Position numbers and translations under genes: made by a program. From Octopus vulgaris (Eukaryota): 64,000 bases of DNA. Under the pieces are notes generated by a model that did not search any database, had not been told where the DNA came from, and saw only the letters and a program-made list of their open reading frames with translations. Within the stretch, counting starts at the first letter, position 1. The number at the start of each line of letters is the position of its first letter. The stretch is taken from NCBI GenBank assembly GCA_951406725.2, contig OX597832.1, positions 36,704,001 through 36,768,000 of the forward strand, in the 5' to 3' direction. This document shows, in pieces, positions 40,043-53,622 of the stretch.

Positions 40043-41066
40043 AACATGATGTGACATACCTATTAAGCGAACAACCAAGAATAAGAAAGCTATCAAATAT
40101 ACAGCCAAGACTTTGCAGAGCTATCTAACATACAGCCAAGAATTGTTGATCCACCTATCAAACAAACAGCCACAGGAATGATCAGGGATTAAACAGCACC
40201 AAAGGAGTTCTCTTCCTGCTTTCTTGACCTTAGCATCACCACGAGCTTCTGCTGGCTCAACAAACAAAAGGTTGATTTAATTAACAACTTCAATCTCCAT
40301 CATTTTTACTCCAACTTAACTCTAACGAGTCATGATCATTAAAAGGTCAATCAAACTATTTAACATTTTCACATTGACAAAGATTTTCTTTGTTTTTATA
40401 AATCATTTTGTTTCAAATTTTGTTTTTTTTTATTATTTTCTTTTTGTTTTGTTTCGCTAACTTTCAGATATCTTTTGTTCCGACCATCTTGTTGATCATG
40501 TTGTCATTGCTGTTTGATTTCATTTCTTTTTCTTGTAATTTTATTTGCTTACTTTTCTATATTTATTTTAGCTTTGTGTCTGTTCATGTGTATATACTTG
40601 TGTGAGTGTGTGTGTGCATTTCTCTGTATATATGTATGTGCTTCTTTGTATGTGTGTTTCTGTCAGTTCATGTTCTCTCTGTGTTTATATATTTCATTGG
40701 CATGTACGTTTTTCAGTGTGTGTGTGTGTGTGTGTGTGTGTGCATGTACATGCTGTTTCTCTCCATATGTGCTTTCCTATCTATATGTGTGTTTCTCTGT
40801 GTGTGTATATATATTTCAATGTTACGCAGTACATACGTATTACGTTATGTGTGTATTTATGTTTTATCCACAAAATTCTCCGGAATTCCACCCCACTCTC
40901 CAGTCTTCCTATAAACTACGCTTCCACAATTTTACCATTATCTGCTTCCATGACTGTCTTTCACTTTTGTCGGTATTTTTTTTAGAAAGATTAATAAGAG
41001 GGGAGGAGAGTCACTTGGTTTTGTTTTTCTTTAATTTTCATTAATTGCTACTAATAACATGTCTTT

Positions 41067-41080
41067 GTTTCCATAGCAAC
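41067..41080. promoter_or_regulatory. RFX X-box motif GTTTCCATAGCAAC
   Basis: Matches the GTNRCC-N-RGYAAC / GTT.CCAT.GCAAC consensus and lies in non-repetitive sequence. Confidence 0.5.
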
Positions 41081-41345
41081 AGACTTAGTCACCTGCTTTG
41101 GTTTCCAATATAGTTGTTGCAGTTGTTGTTTCTTCTGTTTTCCGTGATGAATTTCCTCTGGAATGTCTTTGGTTTGCTTTTCTAAATGTGATTATATGAA
41201 CACATGTAGATGTATGTTGTTGTGTGTGGATTTTTCTGTGATTCTGCTAGTATATGTAAACATGTGTATAACATAATACTCCACCTCTCCTTCTGTGTGT
41301 GTACATGGAGGAGAGATTAAACTCACCATAGACTTGTGTGTTGTG

Positions 41346-41376
<31 letters not shown>

Positions 41377-41849
41377 ACTCATATTCATAGAAAATTGATT
41401 TAAATAATGTTGAAAACTTAATTCAGATTTTTCCTACTTGAAATAATATATGCTTGTTATAATGAGGTTATTGAAGGTAGTAATGTGGCAGAAGCATTAG
41501 TGCATTGGGTAAAGAGCCTTGTGCTATTAGTTTGGCCTCTCTGCCTCTGGGGTTCAAATCCCAGTGAGGTGAGCCTGCTTTTAGCCCCTTACCATATAAA
41601 CCAGCCATATCCAGCCCAAATATTCCACCAGCCAGATCAGGCCTCTTACACTTTATCCTACAAAGTCAATCCAAACATAAACAGTCGCATCATTGTAATC
41701 TTGAAACCCACAGGAAATACAATACCTTTTTCTTGCGTTTAACTTTAGTCTAGCTGTATGCCCAACAATATTTACTAGCTACCAACATGTACATATCTAT
41801 GTACATACAGGCTGGGCCAAAAGTCATACACAAAATAAGTTCAATACAT

Positions 41850-42348
41850 TCTGGAGGGGTGATGTGGTCACAGAAATTTGTCTGACAGCCATGACTGGGT
41901 TCTTCTTGTGTGGCATGATGCAGAGTCCTGTTTCCAGACATAGGTCTTCCAGCAGCCACCCTCTTGACCCAGGGCAGCACTACCTCCTTCAGGCATTTGA
42001 CGTAGGCCTCCTGGGAAGATGAATGGAGACATAGCATTGCCATCACTAGTGATCACTCCAAACACCATGATGTTGACTGGATGCTTGATTTTTATCACTT
42101 TCAGTACTTGTCCTCCTCAGATTGACACCCAAACACTCTGAAATGTTTCTATTGGAGCTTCTGGCATGAATGCAAAGCAGTACAGCATGTCGTTTCCAAA
42201 TTTCTGGCAGAGTGAATTGTGTCATGGTCCTGTTTTATTCACAGTGCCAAACTGACCCTACAATACTGTATAGTTAACAAAATCAAAAACAATGCGCATT
42301 TGTGAAATTAAAAATATAAAATGGCAACAGTTTACCCATCACACCCTG
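41850..42348 (-). mobile_element. Tc1/mariner-superfamily (maT/DD37D-like) transposon remnant, internally deleted
   Basis: Terminus TA-CAGGGTGTGATGGGTAAAC on the minus strand. Peptides KHPVNIMVFGVITSDG..PFIF, YVKCLKEVVLPWVKR and YVWKQDSASCH..RTQSWL. Confidence 0.8.
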
Positions 42349-42884
42349 TATGTATATGTACACATGCACACACACCTAAGTATATATGTGTATGTGTGTG
42401 TATCATTGTTTCGATCTGATGTAGGCTAGTTAAACTGTTTGAGAATCAAATGGGATGCCATCCAGTCTCTGTCCTGTCTCTTGGTGTTGTTTTAACTGCA
42501 ACACCACAAATGACTCTGAAACCAAACTACATTTCTCATTACCTTTACCTTGCGCATTATTATTATTATTATTGGCAATAACAAGAGAGGAGATGCATGC
42601 ATGATCAGCCACTGGGCCTTCCACTATGAACACCGTTGCCCAGATATGCACCTTGCAGAAGAGCTTTCTAAGAAAAGAAGCCCATTGTCAGCCATGATGG
42701 AAGGGGACCCTTCAGTTAGATAAATCATCATCAGCAGTAGTGTTTTACATTTGCTTTTCTATGCTGGCATGGGTTGGATTGGGCTTCTTGAATCAGTGTT
42801 CTTCAACTAGATGTCCTTGATGCCTACCCTGCATAGATCAACTTTACATTATGTAGTGAGTACTCTTTTGTTTGTTACCAAAAC

Positions 42885-43916
<1,032 letters not shown>

Positions 43917-44369
43917 CATCATTTAATGTCTAGCATTTAATCTAGCATGGGTGTGTGGGTGTATCTGTATATACACACACACACACACACACACATACAT
44001 TCCAGATCATGAATATAGATGTGTGTGTATACACATGTGAAGATCACGTTAGAAACTGATATTGAATAGATTCAATAACATAAAACAAATATAAGTTATT
44101 GTTATCTAATTCTTTTTCTTTGAAATTTGTAATATTTTAATTTTAGAAAGAAGTGAAAAACAATATCGAATAAATTGCAAAATCTGACTAAATCTCACAA
44201 TTCTTCATCAGATATAGTTAATTCTGACATCATCATCATCACCAGCACTATCACCATGATATGCATACATCTGTGTGTGTTTTTATTTATGTCTGTCTGT
44301 CTGTCTGTTTTTCTATGCAGATCAGATATTTATAACAATGTATCCTCTCACTATTTTTATTACCAGTTT

Positions 44370-45230
44370 ATGTAGTGCAGTCTTTCACTGGTCATTTGTT
44401 TTGTGTGGCCATTGACTGGCTATTCATCTAATGCAATGTTTCACTGGTCATTTCTCTCTAGTAAGGTCTTTCACTGGCTATTCTTCTTGTATGGTTTTGA
44501 CTGACCATTCATCTAATGCGATGTTTCACTGGTCATTCCTCTAGTATGGTATTTCTTGTGTGGTCTCTGAAAGGTCATTCATTTAATCTGGTCTTTGATT
44601 GGTCATATGGTAAGTATGGTCTTTCACTGGTCATTCAACTAATGTGATATTTTGACTTATCATTAATCTAGGACAGTGATTTTTTAACCAGGTTCCCTAT
44701 GGTCCTTTTGAGTCCATATAAGATTTTGTTGTTAAGTTTTATCCGCAATAAATCGGTTATTTTTCTTCAATACACAAAATATTTTAACAATTTTCTTTGT
44801 ACAATTCCTAATAATATTTAAATAGAAATATTATTATTATTCCTAAGTCTCTCTAGCTTGGTGATAACTTTTAATAATATTTAATTATAACAATACAGTA
44901 GTATTTTTTTTATATGCTTCAAATGTCTATGAAGGTCCAATAGAGTAAAGTAGGTACCAGAGGGGTCCATAGGCAAAAAAAGGGTTGAGAAGCACTGATC
45001 TCGGGTGATCTTTGACTCATCAGTAATCTTGTATGGTGTTTGGTTGGTTGTTCCTCTGGTTTGGTGTTTACTGGTCAGTCATCAGATGGTCTTACGGTGG
45101 TAATTAATTTTCAGTAGGATTTTACTAGTCATTCCTTATACATGGTCTCTAAGTTTTTATTTACTTAGTGTGGTCCTCATTTGGTCATTCTTATGCCTGA
45201 CTCTCCTCTCGTGCAATCATCACTTAGCAT
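44370..45230. repeat. Degenerate minisatellite of about 28 bp (ggtctttcactggtcattc.tcta.tgt), interrupted by a hAT MITE
   Basis: Recurrent tt(c/g)actggtcatt cores on both sides of 44674-44997. Confidence 0.7.
44674..44997 (+). mobile_element. hAT (Charlie-like) MITE
   Basis: cagtgattttttaacc...ggttgagaagcactg. Flanks atctagga/atctcggg. Internal identity with 30893-31140. Confidence 0.75.
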
Positions 45231-45239
45231 ATTCCTTCA

Positions 45240-45547
45240 GTGAAGGTGCATGGCTCAGTGGTTAGATCATTGAGCTCACAACCATCAGTTCAATTCCCAG
45301 ATTGGGCTGTGTGTTGTGTTTATTTCATGCTGCTCCAGTTCACTCAGCTGTAGAAATGAGTTGTGACGTCACAGGTGCCTGGCTGTATCAGCCCTATTGC
45401 CTTTCCCTTGGATAACATCAGTGGCGTGGAGAGGGATGCATGGGTGACTGCTGGTCTTCCATAAACAATCCTGCCTGGACTTGTGCCTTGGAGGGGAACT
45501 TTCTAGATGCAATCCTATGGTCATTCATGACTGAAGGGGGTCTTTAA
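45240..45547 (+). mobile_element. tRNA-headed SINE, family C
   Basis: A box tggctcagtggttaga, B box gttcaattcc, then gctccagttcactcagctgtagaaatgag. Confidence 0.7.
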
Positions 45548-47283
45548 GTTCCTTTACTGTGACCATCAATTTGTTGCTCTTCATCTAGTGCGATTCTCAG
45601 AGCCAAATTACCTATTGTTCTCCTTAATTTTCATATGTATACGAGTTATTTCTCACCTCATGTACAATTTGGTCACTCAACAAGTATGGCCTTTCATGTC
45701 CATCAGTTTACTTGGACTCATAAAAGCCCTTCCTTTTTGGGAAGGCAATCAATCACCGTTCGTCAGCTGTACTCTTCTTTTCGTCTTCAACCTCAATTTA
45801 ATACCAATATTTCTTTTCCTTTTATAATATTTTCATTTTTTTTTTACAGGGATATTTTTTGAAATACCACTTTAAATATAAACCGGTTTTCTATTGTCCT
45901 TGAAAAGAGTTAGAACATTTCCAGGAACTGTTTCTATTATTTCACATCATGTCTTGAGAAAGGAAAAAACAAAGCAAAACAAACAAAAAAAATCTACTTT
46001 TCCTTATTGATTCTTCTTTTCATCTTATTCGTAGTTTGTTTATTGATGTTTTTTTGTGTGGTTCCTTCTCAGAATATGTCATCTGCTATCATAAACTCTC
46101 AACTTGACAGCATTGACATAGCATTGCATTATGGCAACTTGTTGTTGTTGTTGTTTTAGGAGTGAGGAGGTTACTTTTCAATTTCTTTGTTCCCAACCAT
46201 CTTTTTTCTTGTGTTCTTTCACTCTGCTGGCAACTTTTAGAATTCCTTGTATTCGAAATATGTCTTTTTGTTTCTGTTATTTTTTTTTAAGGAATGTCAG
46301 GGGATGGATTTTTCTTTCTCCTTTCTTTTTCTTTTTCATCCCCATCTGGGATTGTTATACTTCTTCAGCATTGAATCTCACCAATATATTTGCTCTTATA
46401 CCAACATATGGAATGGGAATATTGGTTGAGATTGCTGAAAAACTGAAGGGGAAGGATGGCGGGGGGGGGGGGGGGGTAAGTCTACAGAGGAAGAAGTTGG
46501 ATGCTTGGATTGTTGGTTAGTTACATGATGGAAGAGGGGAAATGCATCATGGGAATTTGGTTAGTTTGTCATTCTCAGGAGATGGTAGAAATCTCTTCTC
46601 CCTACTTTTCTTTGCTGACTTGACCTCCTGTTATGCTATGTAATCTAACCTATTGGGGGTAGAGTTTAGGTTGAAGAGTAAATAGCTAGCTTCTTATTGT
46701 TTTCTTTTTCTATACTAGTTGTTGTTGTTGTCAGAACTATTACTTTTAATGTATTTCTTTTTATCTTCTGCCTTTTAAAACCCTTTCTCATACCACTCCA
46801 CCATCTACAATCCCCAAAAGTCTTTCTCTCAAAAGTAAGTTTTACCAATTCCATAATCCATAACCATTTACCAGCAATACCATCAGCACTACCACCAGCC
46901 ACTAGCATCACCACTGCCATCACTAACATCACCACCATCACTAACATCGCCATCACTATCACAAATATCACTGCCATCACCATAATTAACATTATCAATA
47001 TCACCAGCAACACTATTATCACAACCATCACATTCACCAGTTCCATAATCACCATCTCTGCTTTTGCATACCACACACCATCACACCATTGCTACCACCA
47101 TTATCACAACCACCACCATCATCATCACTATCACCGACCACCAACTTCTTTCCCTCCTCTCTCTCATGCGTGCACGTGCAGCTTTTGCCTGTTTCTTATA
47201 GCAAAATAATTTCATCTATTTTGCAAACATTTTGTACTTATTTGCAGATATAACCATCAATAGTTGCATCGATTCAGCTGTTT

Positions 47284-47322
<39 letters not shown>

Positions 47323-47575
47323 GTAAAACAAGCTAACAATAAAATAAGGTTTCTTCCCAGCCCCCTGAGGTCTAAAGTTGACCAAAAGGGTCAACCTTGT
47401 TTCAATTATTAGATAACCCCCAGTTTCTTTTCCCACATACACTTATACTGTAAAAGATGTGGTCTAGTGGTTAGATTATTGAGTTCATAATCACAGGAGT
47501 TCAATTCCTAGATTAGTTGGAATGTTGTGCCCCAAAACAAGACAATTCATTTCACATTAGCCCAGTCTACTCAGT

Positions 47576-47815
47576 TTAAATCTTCAGCATTTAAACTGGC
47601 CACATCCAGACAAAATATTCTCCTTGTTGTAGGCTTAAACTGGCCAGATCCAGTGTTTCACACCTACTTTACAATATCATTCATTTTTAGAATGATATTT
47701 AAAATGGTCACATCATCAAAATTTCAAAGTTACAGGATAATGCATGATTAATTCTAAACAATGTGAAGAAATAAGCATTACATTTGACAAAATTATCTGA
47801 ACACTAAAGGGTTAA
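47576..47815 (+). mobile_element. piggyBac-type MITE (family P1)
   Basis: TTAA-bounded and matches 19122-19348; sits inside a family C SINE starting near 47455. Confidence 0.75.
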
Positions 47816-48032
47816 CCCTTTCGTTACTGTATTTATTTTGAGATGCTCTGTGTTTCTTCCAATTATTTTAAATATAACGAGTAAAATAACATCATTATCA
47901 TTGAGCTAGTGTTAAGAACATAAATTGTGACTAAGATTTGGTGGAATATTTGAATTCAAAACTTATGAAAACAAAACATTTATACTAAAGAGCCAGAGCC
48001 AGTTTCAGCCGGGTTGGTAATGAAAGGGTTAA
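47812..48032. mobile_element. piggyBac-type MITE (family P2)
   Basis: ttaa-ccctttcgttac ... gtaatgaaaggg-ttaa; shares its left TTAA with P1. Confidence 0.8.
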
Positions 48033-49074
48033 AGTGAGGACCAGCTTGGTGATAGTACATACAGCCCTTCTCTTCCGCTGTCACATCCTCATTGTTCCAC
48101 TGGGTCAAAAGTGGGACAGCCAAGAAGTAATTTCTATCTGCTCACAACTATACAGGGACCTACAACTATTTGTGAGAGCCTGGTACATGCTTCCCAGTCA
48201 TATTTGCTTGTGAGTAATAGCAATGGGTTTCTTGTTAACAGAGAATAAACAAAGTCCAATGTATGTTATGTAAACATGCATCTACAGTTGTATGATCATC
48301 TCCAGGACCATTCTGTCTCTGAGCTGTGCCTTTATAGATTCCTGCCTTGCCTCTCTCTTTCTCCTCATTACCTCTCAAACCATCCCTTTCCATTGTCCAA
48401 TGTTAAACCAACATGGCGTAATTGTTTAAGAAGCCAAGAACTGTTCTTGTAATCTGTAGATTTACTAATAAAGGTGGTACCAATTCCAAACACAATCTTT
48501 CTTGTATATTTATTCTTTGTAATGGTCAATAATTAGAAATAGATTATAGATTTAATAGGATGGAACTTGTACTAGCAACACCACCACCACCACCACCACC
48601 ACCACCGTTACTCCTGTCATCACTGCCATCACCATCACCACTATCATTATCATCATTGTCATCACCATCTTCATCATTACTTCACCATTAGTAGCAGTGC
48701 CACCACCATTACCATCCTCATCATTACATGCACCACCACCACCTTCATCATCATCAATGGACAAATCATAGTCTGGCACTGTCTGCTCTATGGACTTCTT
48801 GTGGCACTACATGTCCTGGGTTCAAATGTTGCTAAGATCAGCTGTGCCTTTCTTTCAGGTTTCATAAAATAAAATACCAGTTAATAACGGAGGTGGGGGT
48901 GAGATATAGTACGGACCTCCATCGGAGTCAATAAAATAAGTACCAGTCAAAGACTGGGGACAGCGTAATCAACTTACTCCTCCCAAAATTGCTGGCCTTG
49001 TGCCAAAATTCGAAATTATTATTATTATTATCATCATCATTATTATTATTATCATTATTATTATCATTATTATT

Positions 49075-49290
49075 AAGGTGGCAAGCTGGCAGAATCATTA
49101 GCACACCAGACAAAATGCTTAGTGGCGTTTTGTCCATCTTTACGCTCTGAGTTCAAATCCTTCTGAGGTTGACTTTATCTTTCATCCTTTCCGGGTTGAC
49201 AGAATAAGTACCAGTTGAACTCTGGTAATTGACTAGAACCCTTCCCCTAAAATTTCAGATTTCAGGCCTTGTGTTCTATTGTAGAAAGGA
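49075..49290 (+). mobile_element. Nin-domain SINE (family B); an oppositely oriented 3' fragment lies at 48925-49015
   Basis: ggcaagctggcagaatcattagc...gagttcaaatcc...ctttcatcctttccgggttgacagaataagtaccag. Confidence 0.8.
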
Positions 49291-49864
49291 TATACTATGT
49301 ATACGTTCATCATATTTCACTGTCTTTTCCGTTTCTTTTTCCCCACATATTACGTAAATCCCATACAAATTGTCATCTGTCCTTGTGATATTCTCCTTAT
49401 CTATGCATCATGGCTAATAAAAGGAATTATTATTATTATTATTATTATTATATTTTACTTCTCGGAGCTCTTGATCTTGCTTGATCCAGATAATTCTGTG
49501 AGACCAGACAGCAACCTGTGGTGAAAGGTCTCACAGGGTCTTTCAGGGCCTCTTTCTATGAGTTATAATACTTGGTACCTAGATGCTAAGTATCATGGAA
49601 GATACTAAACACCCAAAAGACAATCTCAAAATCTTCATTGTTCCCATTAGAGCAGTTTTTTGAGCATGCTCTATCCTCATGTCAATTCTAATCTCTCCAT
49701 CATCATCATCATCATCATTATTTAATGTGTTGAAGAGTAGAAGAGATGTGATTGTCAGTAGATTCTTCCAGATTGGTATGATTCTTGTGGTTGATGTTCA
49801 AGTTGAGAGAGAGAGACTAATTAGTGCAGAAGTTACCAGCGGGTGGAGGGTCACAACAATATCT

Positions 49865-50250
49865 TTTACCTTTTACTTGTTTCAGTCATTTGACTGTGGC
49901 CATGCTGGGGTATTACCTTAAATGGTTTTAATTGAAAAATTTTACCCCTGGACTTATCTTTTAAGCCTGATTCTTATTCTGTTGGTCTCTTTTGCCAAAC
50001 TGTTAAGTTACAAGGAGGTAGCCACACCAGTACCTGTTGTGAAATGGTGGTTGGGGACAAACACAGACACACACACACATACGTATATATGATGGACTCC
50101 TTTCAGGTTCCATCTTCTAAATCCCCTCACAAGGCTTTGGTTGGCCTGAGGCTATCGTAAAAGACACTTGCCCAAGGTGCCATGTAGTGGAACTGAACCC
50201 AGAACTATGTGGTTAGAAAGTAAGCTTCTTACCACACAGCCACTCCTGTG
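49865..50250 (-). mobile_element. SINE family A
   Basis: Full set of family A blocks ending cttaccacacagccactcctgtg. Confidence 0.8.
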
Positions 50251-51206
50251 CAGTAGTAGGCAAGGTGGCTGTAAGCGTGGGTGGAGTTACTGCTGCAGTG
50301 GGCAGGGTTAGTGTAGTGATGAGTGAAATTACTGCGGTGATAGGTGGGGGTTGGTGTGCCAGTGGTTGGTGGTAGTACTGCATGGTCAACGTCAGAATGA
50401 TTGTAAATCTAGTCAACCATTTCTGTAGCTACAATCAGAATCGGAAACCGCCCACCGTCTCCACCTTTACCACTTCCTGCATTTTTATCTTTATTCACAC
50501 CACCACCATTATCTCTGTCATGACTTCAGACATCAACACCACCACCACCGTCTCCACCACCGTAGCCACTCACCACCAATATTAACGATTGGCATTAGTG
50601 ACATCGTTACATTTTACAGTTTATATATGTTACAAATGTGTGTGTGTACACACAACACACACACATATATATAGATGTGTCTGTGTCCATACATGTATAT
50701 GCTGTGTAATGTCTCTGTATCAACATATACATACAAATGCACACACACACACACATGCACCTATGTATATGAGTTAATCTGTGCACACATTCACACACGG
50801 ACAGACTTGTGAATTTGGTGTCTTAAGAGCAGAGCAGATCTGGTAGACTTTAATCTGGCATCTCTTTACCATCGTTTGTTGATTAGACCTCTGGCAGGTT
50901 GCCAATAATGACAGGAGGCCCGCAGCTTCGCTATTGACATTGCAGGTATCACAAAGCTCTATCAGAATCCCATCAGTACAGGACACCACACACACACTGA
51001 TACACATACAGAGATGCCATATACTCTTTATCAATAGTGCAATCATAAAGTCGGTCCTGGAGTGTGAGGCGGGGTCTATCTCATAGAAATCTCATCAGCC
51101 ACATTTTGGAGATTTTAATGCTTTGTGTCCATAGATGATGGCTTATCAAAACATCAAGTAGATCAATATACAATGATAAGTGTATATATGTATGTGTGTG
51201 GGGGGG

Positions 51207-51238
<32 letters not shown>

Positions 51239-51242
51239 TATG

Positions 51243-51502
51243 TGATCAACTAGACTATCGGATGTTGTACATTGCTAGTCACAATTCACTTTGCATTGTT
51301 TTAGCTTTTGAACAATGCCACTCTGCTGGCTAGGCAGGTGGGCCAACATCCCTCCCTGATAAGAAGACAGCTGAGGGGACTAGGGCAACATGAAATGAAG
51401 TGTTTTGCACATAAACACAATGCACTGCTCAGTCTTGGAATTGAACCTACAATCATTAGACACCGTGTGCAACACTCTAACCACTAGGCCACGCACCTTC
51501 AC
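51243..51502 (-). mobile_element. tRNA-headed SINE (family C-related)
   Basis: attgaacctacaatc...ctctaaccactaggccacgcaccttca head on the minus strand. Confidence 0.6.
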
Positions 51503-52119
51503 ATATAAATATTATAATTATCATCATTGTGCATCCAGTTTCTGTACTTGGAAAAGTTGCCAATGTCAGAATCGGGCTCCAAGATGGGTAGTTTGGAGGA
51601 CCAAGTCTTATTCTGACATGTCATTTTACCTTAGTTTTTATAGGTGTGTGTGTCAGTCCTATCACGAACCACTTTACAGAGTGCACTGGATACATTTCAT
51701 TAGGCCACCATCACAAGTGATGTTGCTTTGTATGCAGCAAAGCAAAGGAGCACTCGCAATTCTGTTTGTCCTGGACAAAGGAGTGAGTGTGTGATGAGGA
51801 AACCTGAAACATAGTAATTGGATAGAAGAAGTTGAAGAGGGAGAGATGAGGAGGACATAGAAGAGGAATGGAAGAGAGATCGTAATGGTTGGTAATAGGA
51901 GAGCAGACAATGTTTGGCAGGGGACAAGAGCACCTTTGTATTTGCTGATCAGAGGGTGTGGTGTATGTCACTAGGAATGCTTTGCAAGAGAAGTTGTGGT
52001 TAGTTGTACTGGAGAGAAATGTTGGTTTCAAAGTTTGGCTCAAGGCCAGCAATTTTAGGGAGGGGATAAGTTGATTAGGTCAACCGCAGTGTTCAACTGG
52101 TACTTATTTACATTATTTA

Positions 52120-53482
52120 CAATGTGCAGACAGGTGTCCTCGCCTTGTTATGATCAGAGCATTTCACCTGATGTACTCTCCAGCATTTCATCAAGTGTTC
52201 TGGTGGAATTTTGAACCCAACCCTTTATTTGACTAATGGGATACACTGTTCACATTCCTAAGATATGGTGCTGATGTTATTTTTCTGTTGATATTATTTT
52301 TCAAGTCCCTGCCTGGGATTGAACTTAGAATCTGAGTGTTAGTAGCCTGCGCTCTTATCCACTATGCTATATAGAGTGAATTTTAGGGTTTATAAACCTA
52401 GTATTTTATCTTTTCTTAATACTGGTTTGCTTAGGCTATTATGTCTTGGCATGTGTGCAGCCTCTTTTAATTTTCATATTTTCCAGTGGTGTTCTCTGTC
52501 GATTATTTTAACTTCATCCCACAGCAGGAGGCAGTCTCCGTTTTTCCATTCATGATCAGCTATATCCAATTTTTCAGCATCCCCTCATGTCACAGTTTTA
52601 TGATGTTCCTCTACTCTTACTTTGTATAACCTACCACAGCTGCATGGGATAGAGTACATGCAATTTTTGGTCATATTCTCTTCTATGGGTGGTTTTACTT
52701 GGAGAAGATATTTGCAAAGTATTGTGTTCCTTCTGAATACTGTCCTGATGTCATATGGGCAGCATAACTTTTGTATCTTTTTGGAGAGGCCTTTCACATA
52801 AGGTAGACAGACTGTGGACAATTAATCAGCTTCATCCTCTCTCTTCTTCACAATTGGAGTGGATTAGTAGTTGCTTAAGAGATTGTTACTTAGTCTCATT
52901 ATTTCTTCATGGTGTGTATCAGGATCGCTACTTATAGTCTTTGCCCGATGTTTTAGGCACTGAGCAATCCCTCTCTTTACACGGTATGGATGGTGGGAAG
53001 TGAAGTTGAGGAATCATCTAGTGAAAGTTGGCTTGCAGTATACAGATGTCCTGAATCCATACTTGGTGCATGTTATTAGTACATCCAGGAATGCTAGCCG
53101 GTTGTCATTTTCCTTTTCTATTGTGAACTGTATGGATGGCTTTATCGAGTTCACATGATCTAACAGTACTTGTAAATCTTCCTGGTGGGGGTCAGTGAAT
53201 GAAGGTGTTGTCAACATGTCGAAGCCATAGGGTTGGCTTTATTGGTGTTGATCCTAAAGCCAAATTCTCAAAGTATTCCATATATATATTGGCTATCAGT
53301 GGTAATGATGAACCCATAGCTAAACCCTCTTTTTGTTGATATATATCAGTACCTACTCTGAAGTTGGTAGTTTCTATGCAGAAAGTCAACAATTCCATCA
53401 AGTTTTCTATTGGCATACTAGTTTGTCTTGAATTACTGATAATGCTTCATTAGTTGGGACTTTGGTAAACAGACTTACCAAA
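52120..53482 (-). mobile_element. Penelope-like retroelement remnant (RT, GIY-YIG and 3' region), frameshifted
   Basis: Minus-strand peptides VSLFTKVP, YQQKEGLAMGSSLPLIANIYMEYFE, WLRHVDNTF, FTIEKENDNRLAFLDVLI, TSVYCKPT, LPYVKGLS, NCMYSIPCSCGRLY, RVEEH and KLKEAAH. This is the RT plus GIY-YIG layout diagnostic of PLEs. Confidence 0.9.
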
Positions 53483-53489
53483 ATATAAA

Positions 53490-53622
53490 ATGGTACTTAT
53501 TTAATCAACTCCAAAGGGATGAAAGGTAAAGTCAACCTCAGTGGAATTTGATCTCAGAACGTAAAGATGGCTGAAATGCCACAAAGCATTTTGCCTGATG
53601 TTCTAATGACTCTGCCAGCTTG
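53490..53622 (-). mobile_element. Nin-domain SINE fragment (family B) abutting the PLE
   Basis: tggtacttatttaatcaactccaaagggatgaaaggtaaagtcaacc...ctgccagct. Confidence 0.75.

Noticed and set aside
40440-40520. Strong-looking acceptor cgctaactttcag; also ttttacag at 45849
   Set aside because: No donor or Dlg-like peptide follows.
44370-45230. Regularly spaced motif resembling a CRISPR array
   Set aside because: It is a contiguous degenerate tandem repeat without unique spacers, in eukaryotic DNA with no cas genes.
45244-45310. tRNA gene
   Set aside because: A/B boxes are present but there is no cloverleaf; it is a SINE head continuing into the SINE body.
51060-51110. Minus-strand CTGATGA followed by a small stem
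   Set aside because: No GAAA or cleavage triplet in register.
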